64,000 nucleotides of DNA from NCBI RefSeq assembly GCF_036321535.1, contig NC_087436.1:3596001-3660000 (forward strand), given 5' to 3'. The notes under the pieces are model-generated. The model was given only the letters and a program-made list of their open reading frames with translations, was not told where the DNA came from and ran no database searches. The DNA comes from Camelus dromedarius. Taxonomy: Eukaryota. The translations under genes were made by a program, and so were the position numbers. Shown here piece after piece: positions 24,500-37,100 of this stretch; positions within the stretch are counted from its first letter, which is position 1, and each line of letters opens with the position of its first letter.

Positions 24500-27400
24500 T
24501 GAGCATGTGGAGAGACGTTAGTTCATCAAGCACAAAGGGAACGGGTTGCAGGAGAAACTTTTACTCTGGATTCTCAGTCTGTTTCCTACTGCCGATTTGA
24601 AGGTCCTGCAGTTTTCACTGTAAAACCGAGTTGGAGCTAGTACCTCCCCATATATATGTATGGAGTGGATTTTGCAACTGAAAAGAAACTTTCTGTTCCC
24701 TACAAGCTAAGTGAAGGACGGCTTTCACACACACTTATCTCTCAGAACTGAGCATGTGGAGAGACGTTCGTTCATCTAGCACAAAGGGAACGGGTTGCAG
24801 GAGAAACTTTTACTCTGGTTTCTCAGTCTATTTCCTAGTGCCGGTTTGATTTTCCTTCAGTTTTTACTGTAAAACAGTGTTGGTGCTGGTACCTCCCCAT
24901 ATATATGTATGGAGTGGAGTTTGCAACTGAAAAGAAACTTTGTGTTCCCAACAAGCTAGGTGAAGGACGGCTTTCACACACACTTTTCTCTCAGTACTGA
25001 GCATGTGGAGAGACGTTCGTTCATCTAGCACAAAGGGAACGGTTTGCAGGAGAAACTTTTACTCTGGTTTCTCAGTCTGTTTCCTAGTGCCAGTTTGAAG
25101 TTCCTGCAGTTTTCACTGTAAATCCGAGTTGGAGATAGTACCTCCCCATATATATCTAAGGAGTTGAGTTTGCAACTGAATAGAAACTTTGTGTTCCCAA
25201 CAACTATGTGAAGGACGGCTTACACACACACGTATCTCTCAGAACAGAGCATGTGGTTAGACGTTCCTTCATCTAGCACAAATGGAACGGGTTGCAGGAG
25301 AAACTTTTCCTCTGGTTTCTCAGACTTTTTCCTAGTCCCTGTTTGAATTTCCTGCAGTTTTCACTTTAAAACCGAGTTGGAGCTAGTACCTCCCCATATA
25401 TATGTATGGAGTGGAGTTTGCAACTGAAAAGAAACTTTGTGTTCAAATCAAGCAAGGCGAAGGACGGCTTTCACACACACATATCTCTCAGAACTGAGCA
25501 TGTGTAGAGACGTTCGTTCATCTAGCACAAAGGGAACGGGTTGCAGGAGAAACTTTTACTCTGGTTTCTCAGTCTGTTTCCTAGTACCGGGTTGAAGTTC
25601 CTGCAGTTTTCACTGTAAAACCGAGTTGGAGCTAGTACCTCCCCATATATAAGTATGGAGTGGAGTTTGCAACTGAAAAGAAACTTTGTGTTCCCAACAA
25701 GCTAGGTGAAGGACGGCTTTCACACACACTTATCTCTCAGAACTTAGCATGTGGAGAGACGTTCGTTCATCTAGCACAAAGGGAACGGGTTGCAGGAGAA
25801 ACTTTTACTCTGGTTTCTCAGTCTGTTTCCTAGTTCCGGTTGGAAGTTCCTGCAGTTTTCACTGTAAAACCGAGTTGGAGCTAGTACTTCCCCATATATA
25901 TGTATGGAGTGGAGTTTGCAACTGAAAAGAAACTTTGTGTTCCCAACAAGCTAGGTGAAGGACCGCTTCCACACACACTTATCTTTCAGAACTGAGCATG
26001 TGGAGAGACGTTCGTTCATCTAGCACAAAGGGAACTGGTTGCAGGAGAAAATTTTACTCTGGTTTCTCAGTCTGTTTCCTAGTGCCGGTTTGAATTTCCT
26101 GCAGTTTTCACTTTAAAACCGAGTTTGAGCTAGTACCACCCCATATATATGTATGGAGTGGAGTTTGCAACTGAAAAGAAACTTTGTGTTCCCATCAAGC
26201 AAGGTGAAGGACGGCTTTCAATCACAATTATCTCTCAGAACTGAGCATGTGGAGAGACGTTCGTTCATCTATCACAAAGGGAACGGTTTGCAGGAGAAAC
26301 TTTTACTCTGGTTTCTCAGTCTGTTTCCTAGTGCCGGTTTGAAGTTCCTGCAGTTTTCACTGTAAAACCGAGTTGGAGCTTGTACCTCCCCATATATATG
26401 TATGGAGTGGAGTTTTCAAGTGAAAAGAAACTTTGTGTTCCCAAAAAGCTAGGTGAAGGACGGCTTTCACACACAATTATCTCTCAGAACTGAGCATGTG
26501 TAGAGACGTTCGTTCATCTAGCACAAAGGGAACGGGTTGTAGGAGAAACTTTTACTCTGGTTTCTCAGTCTGTTTCCTAGTGCCGGTTTGAAGTTCCTGC
26601 AATTTTCACTGTAAAATCGAGTTGGAGCTTGTACCTCCCCATATATATGTATGGAGTGGAGTTTTCAAGTGAAAAGAAACTTTGTGTTCCCAAAAAGCTA
26701 GGTGAAGGACTTCTTTCAAACACAATTATCTCTCAGAACTGAGCATGTGTAGAGACGTTCGTTCATCTAGCACAAAGGGAACGGTTTGTAGGGGAAACTT
26801 TTACTCTGGTTTCTCAGTCTGTTTCCTAGTGCCGGTTTGAAGTTCGTGCAGTTTTCACTGTAAAACCGAGTTGGAGCTAGTACCTCCCCATATATATGTA
26901 TGGAGTGGGGTTTGCAAGTGAAAAGAAACTTTGTGTTCCCAACAAGCTAGGTGAAGGACGGCTTTCACACACATTTACCTCTCAGAACTGAGCATGTGAA
27001 AAGACGTTCGTTCATCTAGCACAAGGGGAACGAGTTGCAGGAGAATCTTTTACTCTGGATTCTTAGTCTATTTCCTAGTGCCGGTTTGAAGTTAATGCAG
27101 TTTTTACTGTAAAACAGAGTTGGAGCTAGTACCTCCCCATATATATGTATGGATTGGAGTTTGCAACTGAAAAGAAACTTTGTGTTCCCAATAAGCTAGG
27201 TGAAGGACGGCTTTCACACACACTTATCTCTCAGAACTGAGCATGTGGAGAGACGTTCGTTCATCTAGCACAAAGGGAACTGGTTGCAGGTGAAACTTTT
27301 ACTCTGGTTTCTCAATCTGTTTCCTATTGCCGGTTTGAAGTTCCTGCAGTTTTCACTGTAAACCCGAGTTGGAGCTCTTACCTCGCCATATATATGTATG

Positions 27401-28480
27401 GAGTGGAGTTTGCAATTGAAAAGAATCTTTGTGTTCCCAACAAGCTAGGTGAATAACGGCTTTCACACACACTTATCTCTCAGAACTGAGCATGTGGAGA
27501 GACGTTGGTTCATCAAGCACAAAGGGAACGGGTTGCAGGATAAACTTTTACTCTGGATTCTCAGTCTGTTTCCTACTGCCAATTTGAAGGTCCTGCAGTA
27601 TTCACTGTAAAACCGAGTTGGAGCTAGTACCTCCCCATGTATATGTATGGAGTGGATTTTGCAACTGAAAAGAAACTTTCTGTTCCCTACAAGCTAAGTG
27701 AAAGACGGCTTTCACACACAATTATCTCTCAGAACTGAGCATGTGGAGAGACGTTCGTTCATCTAGCACAAAGGGAACGGGTTGCAGGAGAAACTTTTAC
27801 TCTGGTTTCTCAGTCTATTTCCTAGTGCCGGTTTGATTTTCCTTCAGTTTTACTGTAAAACCGTGTTGGTGCTGGTACCTCCCCATATATATGTATGGAG
27901 TGGAGTTTGCTACTGAAAAGAAACTTTGTGTTCCCAATAAGCTAGGTGAAGGACGGCTTTCACACACACTTATCTCTCAGAACTGAGCATGTGGAGAGAC
28001 GTTCGTTCATCTAGCACAAAGGGAACTGGTTGCAGGAGAAACTTTTACTCTGGTTTCTCAAACTGTTTCCTATTGCCGGTTTGAAGTTCCTGCAGTTTTC
28101 ACTGTAAACCCGAGTTGGAGCTCTTACCTCGCCATATATATGTATGAAGTGGAGTTTGCAACTGAATAGAAACTTTGTGTTCCCAACAACTATATGAAGG
28201 ACGTCTTTCACACACTCTTATCTCTCAGAACAGAGCATGTGGTTAGACGTTCCTTCTTCTAGCACAAATGGAACGGGTTGCAGGAGAAACTTTTCCTCTG
28301 GTTTCTCAGACTTTTTCCTAGTGCCTGTTTGAATTATCTGCAGTTTTCATTTTAAAACCGAGTTGGAGCTAGTACCTCCCCATATATATGTATGGAGTGG
28401 AGTTTGCAACTGAAAAGAAACTTTGTTTTCAAATCAAGCAAGGCGAAGGACGGCTTTCACACACACATATCTCTCAGAAC
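24500..28480. repeat. Block duplication at a 12-monomer offset (~2986 bp): ~24500-25500 vs ~27490-28480
   Basis: AGGTCCTGCA at 24601/27588, GGTTAGACGTTCC at 25256/28241, and TGGTGCTGGTACC and AAATCAAGCAAGGCG shared by both copies. Confidence 0.85.
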
Positions 28481-28499
28481 TGAGCATGTGGAGAGACGT

Positions 28500-31100
28500 T
28501 CGTTCATCTAGCACAAAGGGAACGGTTTGCAGGAGAAATTTTTACTCTGGTTTCTCTGTCTGTTTCCTACTGTCGGTTTGAAGTTCCTACAGTTTTCACT
28601 GTAAAACTTAGTTGGAGCTAGTACTTTTCCATATAAATATATGGATTTGAGTTTGCAACTGAAAAGAAACTTTGTGTTCCCAACAAGCTAGGTGAAGGAC
28701 GGCTTTCACACACACTTATCTTTCAGAACTGAGCATGTGGAGAGACGTTCATTCATCTAGCAAATAGGGAACGGTTTGCAGGAGAAACTTTTACTCTGGA
28801 TTCTCAGTCTGTTTCCTAGTTCCGGTTTGATGTTCCTGCAGTTTTCACTGTAAAACCGAGTTGTTGCTAGTACCTCCTCATATAATTCTATGGAATGGAG
28901 TATGCAACTGAAAAGAAACTTTGTGTTCCCAACAAGCTAAGTGAAGGACGGCTTTCACACACACTTATCTCTCAGAAATGTGCATGTGGAGAGACGTTCG
29001 TTCAACTAGCACAAAGGGAACGGGTTGCAGACGAAACATTTACTCTGGTTTCTCAGTCTGTTTCCTAGGCCCCGTTTGAAGTTACTGCAGTTTTCACTGT
29101 AAACCGAGTTGGAGCTATTTCCTCCCCATATATATGTATGGAGTGGTGTTTGCATCTGAAAAGAAACTTTGTGTTCCCAACAAGCTAGGTGAAGGGCGGC
29201 TTTCACACACACTTATCTCTCAGAACTGAGCATGTGGAGAGACGTTCGTTCATCTAGCACAAAGGGAACGGGTTGCAGGAGAAACTTTTACTCTGGTTTC
29301 TCAGTCTGTTTCCTAGGCCCAGTTTGAAGTTCCTGTAGTTTTCACTGTTATCCGAGTTGGAGCTAGTTCCTCCCCGTATATATGTATGGAGTGGAGTTTG
29401 CAACTGTAAAGAAACTTTGTGTTCCCAACAAGCAAGTTTAAGTACGGCTTTCACACACACTTATATCTTAGAACTGAGCATGTGGAGAGACGTTCGTTCA
29501 TCTAGCACAAAGGGAACGTGTTGCAGGAGAAACTTTTACTCTGTTTTTTCAATATTTTTCCTAGTGCCGGGTTGAAGTTCCTGCAGTTTTCACTGTAAAA
29601 CCGAGTTGGTTCTAGTACCTCCCCATATATATGTATGGAGTGGAGTTTGCAAATGAAAAGAAACTTTGTGTTCCCAACAAGCTAGGTGAAGGACGGCTTT
29701 CACACACACATATCTCTCAGAACTGAGCATGTGGAGAGACGTTCGTTCATCTAGCACAAAGGGAACGGTTTGCAAGAGAAATTTTTACTCTGGTTTCTCT
29801 GTCTGTTTCCTACTGTCGGTTTGAAGTTCCTGCAGTATTCACTGTAAAACTTAGTTGGAGCTAGTACCTCCCCATATATATATATGGAGAGAATTTGCAA
29901 GTGAAAAAATCTTTGTGTTCCCAACATGTTAGGTGAAGGACGGCTTTCACACACACTTATCTCTCAGAACTGAGCATGTGGAGAGACGTTCGTTCATCTA
30001 GCACAAAGGGAACGGGTTGCAGGGGAAACTTTTACTCTAGTTTCTCAGTCTGTTTCCTGTTGCCGGTTTGATGTTCCTGCAGTTTTCACTGTAAACCGAG
30101 TTGGAGCTAGTACTTTTCCATATATATATATGGATTTGAGTTTGCAACTGAAAAGAAACTTTGTGTTCCCAACAAGCTAGGTGAAGGACGGCTTTCACAC
30201 ACACTTATCTTTCAGAACTGAGCATGTGGAGAGACGTTCATTCATCTAGCAAATAGGGAACGGTTTGCAGGAGAAACTTTTACTCTGGATTCTCAGTCTG
30301 TTTCCTAGTTCCGGTTTGAAGTTCCTGCATTTTTCACTGTAAAACCGAGTTGGTGCTAGTACCTCCTCATATAATTCTATGGAATGGGGTATGCAACTGA
30401 AAAGAAACTTTGTGTTCCCAACAAGCTAGGTGAAGGACGGCTTTCACACACACTTATCTCTCAGAACTGAGCATGTGGAGAGAAGTTCTTTCAACTAGCA
30501 GAAAGGGAACGGTTTGCAGGAGAAATATTTACTCTGGTTTCTCAGTCTGTTTAATAGGCCCGGTTTGAAGTTACTGCAGTTTTCACTGTAAACCGAGTTG
30601 GAGCTATTTCCTCCCCATATATATGTATGGATTGGTGTTTGCATCTGAAAAGAAACTTTGTGTTCCCAACAAGCTAGGTGAAGGACAGCATTCACACACA
30701 CTTATCTCTCAGAACTGAGCATGTGGAGAGACGTTCGTTCATCTACCACAAAGGGAACGGGTTGCAGGAGAAACTTTTACTCTGGTTTCTCAGTCTGTTT
30801 CCTAGGCCCAGTTTGAAGTTCCTGCAGTTTTCACTGTTATCCGAGTTGGAGGTAGTTCCTCCCCATATATATGTATGGATTGGAGTTTGCAACTGTAAAG
30901 AAACTTTGTGTTCCCAACAAGCAAGTTTAAGTACGGCTTTCACACACACTTATATCTTAGAACTGAGCATGTGGAGAGACGTTCGTTCATCTAGCACAAA
31001 GGGAACGTGTTCCAGGAGAAACTTTTACTCTGTTTTCTCAATATTTTTCCTAGTGCCGGGTTGAAGTTCCTGCAGTTTTCACTGTAAAACCGTGTTGGAA
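28500..31100. repeat. Local 5/6-monomer duplication (offset 1489 bp) of a distinct monomer subfamily
   Basis: TACTTTTCC at 28622/30111, AAATAGGGA at 28762/30251, TCACTGTTATCCGAG at 29342/30831; ORF pairs 29006/30495 and 29254/30743. Confidence 0.88.
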
Positions 31101-31199
31101 CTAGTACTTCCCCTTATATATTTATGGAGTATACTTTGCAAATGAAAAGAAACTTTGTGTTCCCAACAAGCTAGGTGAAGGACGGCTTTCACACACACT

Positions 31200-34100
31200 T
31201 ATCTCTCAGAACTGAGCATGTGGAGAGACGTTCGTTCATCTAGTACAATGGGAACGGGTTGCAGGACAAACTTTTACTCTGGATTCTCAGTCTGTTTCCT
31301 ACTACCTGTTTGAAGTTCCTGCAGTTTTCACTGTAAAACCGAGTTGGAGCTAGTACATATCCATATATATGTATGGAGTGGAGTTTGCAACTGAAAAGAA
31401 ACTCTGTGTTCCCAAAAGCTAGGTGAAGGACGGCTTCACACACAATTATCTCTCAGAACTGAGCATGTGGGGAGACGTTCGTTCAACTAGCACAAAGGGA
31501 ACCGTTTGCCGGAATAACTTTTACTCTTGTTTCTCATTCTGTTTCATAGTGCCGGTTTTAAGTTCCTGCAGATTTCACTGTAAAAACGAGTTGGAGCTAG
31601 TCCCTCCCCATATATATGTATGGAGTAGAGTTTGCAAGTGAAAAGAAACTTTGTGTTCCCAACAAGCTAGGTGAAGGACGGCTTTCACACACACATATCT
31701 CTCAGAACTGAGCATGTGCAGAGACGTTCGTTCATCTAGCAAAAAGTGATCGTGTTCAGGGGAAGCTATTACTCTGGTTTATCAGTCTGTTTCTAGTGCC
31801 GGTTGGAAGTTCCTGCAGTTTTCACTGTAAAACCGAGTTGGAGCTAGTACCTCCCCATATATATGTATGGAGTAGATTTTGCAACTGAAAAGAAACTCTG
31901 TGTTCCCAACAAGCTATGTGAAGGACGGCTTTTACACACATTTATCTCTCAGAACTGAGCATGTGGAGAGACGTTCGTTCATCTAGCACAAAGGGAACGG
32001 GTTGCAGGAGAAAATTTACTCTGGATTCTCAGTCTGTTTCCTGTTGCCGGTTTCATGTTCCTGCAGTTTTCACTGTAAAACCGAGTTGGAGCTAGTACAT
32101 CCCCATATATATGTATGGAGTGGAGTTTGCAACTGAAAAGAAACTTTGTGTTCCCAAAAGCTAGGTGAAGGACGGCTTCACACACAATTATCTCTCAGAA
32201 CTGAGCATGTGGGGAGACGTTCGTTCAACTAGCACAAAGGGAAACGTTTGCCGGAGTAACTTTTACTCTGGTTTCTCAGTCTGTTTCATAGTGCCGGTTT
32301 TAAGTTCCTGCAGGTTTCACTGTAAAAACGAGTTGGAGCTAGTACCTCCCCATATATATGTATGGAGTAGAGTTTGCAAGTGAAAAGAAACTTTGTGTTC
32401 CCAAAAAGCTAGGTGAAGTACGGCTTTCACACACACTTATCCCTCAGAATTAAGCATGTGGAGAGACGTTCATTCATCTAGCAAAATGGGAACGGGTTGC
32501 AGGAGAAACTTTTACTCTGTTTTCTCAGTCTGTGTCCTAGTGCCGGTTTGAAGTTCCTGCAGTTTTCACTGTAAAACCGAGTTGGAACTAATACATCCCC
32601 ATATATATATATGGAATGGAGTTTGCAACTGAAAAGAAACTTTGTGTTCCCAAGAAGCTAGGTGAAGGACGGATTTCACACACACTTATCTCTCAGAACT
32701 GAGCATGTGGAAAGAGTATCGTTCATCTAGCACAAAGGGAACGGGTTCCAGCAGAAACTTTTACTCTGGTTTCTCAGACTATTTCCTATTGCCGGTTTGA
32801 AGTACCTGCAGTTTTCACTGTAAAACCGAGTTGGAGCTAGTACCTCCCCATATATAATTATGGAGTGGAGTTTGCAATTGAAAAGAAACTTTGTGATCCC
32901 AACAAGCTAGGTGAAGGACGGCTTCACACACACTTCTCTCTAAGAACTGAGCATGTGGAGAGACGTTCGTTCATCTAGCAATAATGGAACGCTTTGCAGG
33001 GGAAACTTTTACTCTGGTTTCTCAGTCTGTTTCCTAGTGCCGGTTTGAAGTTCCTGCAGTTTTCACTGTAAAACCGAGTTGGAGCTAGTACATCCCCATA
33101 TATAAGTAAGGAGTGGAGTTTGCCACTGAAAAGAAACTCTGTGTTCCCAAAAAGCTAGTGAAGTACGGCTTTCAAACACACTTATCTCTCAGAACTGAGC
33201 ATGTGGAGAGATGTTCGTTCATCTAGCACAAAGGGAACGGGATGCAGGAGAAATTTTACTCTGATTTCTCAGTCTGTTTCCTAGTGCCGGTTTGAAGTTC
33301 CTGCAGTTTTCACTGTAAAACCGAGTTGGAGCTAGTACCTCCCCATATATATGAAGGAAGTGGAGTTTGCAAGTGAAAAGAAACTTTGTGTTCCCAACAA
33401 GCTAGGTGAAGGACGGCTTTCACACACACTTATCTCTCAGAACTGAGCATGTGGAGAGACGTTCGTTCATCTAGCACAATGGGAACGGGTTGCAGGACAA
33501 ACTTTTACTCTGGATTCTCAGTCTGTTTCCTACTACCTGTTTGAAGTTCCTGCAGTTTTCACTGTAAAACCGAGTTGGAGCTAGTACCTCCCCATATATA
33601 TGTATGGAGTAGAGTTTGCAACTGAAAAGAAACTCTGTGTTCCCAACAAGCTATGTGAAGGACGGCTTTTACACACATTTATCTCTCAGAACTGAGCATG
33701 TGGAGAGACGTTCGTTCATCTAGCACAAAGGGAACGGGTTGCAGGAGAAACTTTTACTCTGGATTCTCAGTCTGTTTCCTGTTGCCGGTTTGATGTTCCT
33801 GCAGTTTTCACTGTAAAACCGAGTTGGAGCTAGTACATCCCCATATATATGTATGGAGTGGAGTTTGCAACTGAAAAGAAACTTTGTGTTCCCAAAAACT
33901 AGGTGAAGGACGGCTTCACACACAATTATCTCTCAGAACTGAGCATGTGGGGAGACGTTCGTTCAACTAGCACAAAGTGATCGGGTTCAGGGAAAGATAT
34001 TACTCTGGTTTCTCAGTGTGTTTCTAGTGCCGGTTGGAAGTTCCTGCAGTTTTCACTGTAAAACCGAGTTGGAGCTTGTACCTCCCCATATATATCTACG

Positions 34101-37100
34101 GAGCTGAGTTTGCAACTGGAAAGAAACTTTGTGTTCCCAACAAGCTAGGGAAGTACGGCTGTCAGACACAATTATCCCTCAGAAATAAGCATGTGGAGAG
34201 ACGTTCATTCATCTAGCAAAATGGGAACGGGTTGCAGGAGAAACTATTACTCTGTTTTCTCAGTCTGTGTCCTAGTGCCGGGTTGAAGTTCCTGCAGTTT
34301 TCACAGTAAAACCGAGTTGGAACTATTACATCCCCATATATATGTATGGAGTGGAGTTTGCAACTGAAAAGAAACTTTGTGTTCCCAACAAGCTAGGTGA
34401 AGGACGGCTTTCACACACACTTATCTCTCAGAACTAAGCATGTGGAGAGACGTTCGTTCATCTAGCACAAAGGGAACGGGTGGCAGGAGAAATTTTTACT
34501 CTGTTTTCTCTGTCTGTTTCCTACTGCCGGTTTGAAGTTCCTGAAGTTTTCACTGTAAAACTGAGTTGGAGCTTGTACCTCCCAATATATATGTATGGAG
34601 TGGAATATGCAAGTGAAAAGAAACTTTGTGTTCCCAACAAGTTAGGTGAAGGACGGCTTTCACACACACTTTTCTCTCAGAACTGAGCATGTGGAGAGAC
34701 GTTCGTTCATCTAGCACAAAGGGAACGGGTTGCAGGAGAAACTTTTACTCTGGTTTCTCAGTCTGTTTCCTGTTGCCGGTTTGATGTTCCTGCAGTTTTC
34801 ACTATAAACCGAGTTGGAGCTAGTACTTCCCCATATATATGTATGGTTATGAGTTTGCAACTGAAAAGAAACTTTGTGTTCCCAACAAGCTAGGTGAAGG
34901 ACGGATTTCACACACACTTATCTCTCAGAACTGAGCATGTGGAAAGAGTATCGTTCATCTAGCACAAAGGGAACGGGTTCCAGCAGAAACTTTTACTCTG
35001 GTTTCTCAGACTATTTCCTAGTGCCGGTTTGAAGTACCTGCAGTTTTCACTGTAAAACCGAGTTGGAGCTAGTACCTCCCCATATATAATTATGGAGTGG
35101 AGTTTGCAATTGAAAAGAAACTTTGTGATCCCAACAAGCTAGGTGAAGGACGGCTTCACACACACTTATCTCTCAGAACTGAGCATGTGGAGAGACGTTC
35201 GTTCATCTAGCACAAAGGGAACGGGTTGCAGGAGAAACTTTTACTCTGGTTTCTCAGTGTGTTTCCTAGTGCCGGTTTGAAGTTCCTGCAGTTTTCACTG
35301 TAAAACCGAGTTGGAGCTTTTACCACCCCACATATATCTATGGAGTGGAGTTTGCAACTGAAAAGAAACTTTGTTTTCCAAACAAGCTAGGTGAAGGACG
35401 GCTTTCACATACACTTTTCTCTCAGAACTGAGCATGTGGATAGACGTTCGTTCATCTAGTACAAATGGAACGGGTTCCAGGAGAAACATTTATTCTGGTT
35501 TTTCAGTCTGTTTCCTAGTTCCTGTTTGAAGTTCCTGCAGTTTTCACTGTAAAACCGAGTGGAGCTACTACCGCCCCATATATAGGTATGGATTGGAGTT
35601 TGCAACTGAAAAGAAACTTTGTGTTCCCAACAAGCTAGGTGAAGGACGGCTTACACACACACTTATCTCTCAGAACTGAGCATGTGGAGAGACGTTCGTT
35701 CATCTAGCAATAATGGAACGCTTTGCAGGGGAAACTTTTACTCTGGTTTCTCAGTCTGTTTCCTAGTGCCGGTTTGAAGTTCCTGCAGTTTTCACTGTAA
35801 AACCGAGTTGGAGCTAGTACATCCCCATATATAAGTAAGGAGTGGAGTTTGCCACTGAAAAGAAACTCTGTGTTCCCAAAAAGCTAGTGAAGTACGGCTT
35901 TCACACACACGTATCTCTCAGAACTGAGCATGTGGAGAGATGTTCGTTCATCTAGCACAAAGGGAACGGGATGCAGGAGAAATTTTACTCTGATTTCTCA
36001 GTCTGTTTCCTAGTGCCGGTTTGATGTTCCTGCAGTTTTCACTGTAAAACCGAGTTGGAGCTAGTACCTCCCCATATATATAAAGGAAGTGGAGTTTGCA
36101 AGTGAAAAGAAACTTTGTGTTCCCAACAAGCTAGGTGAAGGACGGCTTTCACACACACTTATCTCTCAGAACTGAGCATGTGGAGAGACGTTCGTTCATC
36201 TAGCACAATGGGAACGGGTTGCAGGAGAAACTTTTACTCTGGATTCTCAGTCTGTTTCCTACTACCTGTTTTAAGTTCCTGCAGTTTTCACTGTAAAACC
36301 GAGTTGGAGCTAGTACATATCCATATATATGTATTGAGTGGAGTTTGCAACTGGAAAGAAACTCTGTGTTCCCAAAAGCTAGGTGAAGGACGGCTTCACA
36401 CACAATTATCTCTCAGAACTGAGCATGTGGGGAGACGTTCTTTCAACTAGCACAAAGGGAACCGTTTGCCGGTGTAACTTTTACTCTGGTTTCTCATTCT
36501 GTTTCATAGTGCCGGTTTTAAGTTCCTGCAGATTTCACTGTAAAAACGAGTTGGAGCTAGTTCCTCCCATATATATGTATGGAGTAGAGTTTGCAAGTGA
36601 AAAGAAACTTTGTGTTCCCAACAAGCTAGGTGAAGGACGGCTTTCACACACACTTATCTCTCAGAACTGAGCATGTGGAGAGACGTTCGTTCATCTAGCA
36701 CAAAGTGATCGGGTTCAGGGGAAGCTATTACTCTGGTTTATCAGTCTGTTTCTAGTGCCGGTTGGAAGTTCCTGCAGTTTTCACTGTAAAACCGTGTTGG
36801 AGCTAGTACCTCCCCATATATATGTATGGAGTAGAGTTTGCAACTGAAAAGAAACTCTGTGTTCCCAAAAACTAGGTGAAGGACGGCTTCACACACAATT
36901 ATCTCTCAGAACTGAGCATGTGGGGAGATGTTCGTTCAACTAGCACAAAGGGAAACGTTTGCCGGAGTAACTTTTACTCTGGTTTCTCAGTCTGTTTCAT
37001 AGTGCCGGTTTTAAGTTCCTGCAGGTTTCACTGTAAAAAAGAGTTGGAGCTAGTACCTCCCCATATATATGTATGGAGTGGAGTTTGCAACAGAAAAGAA

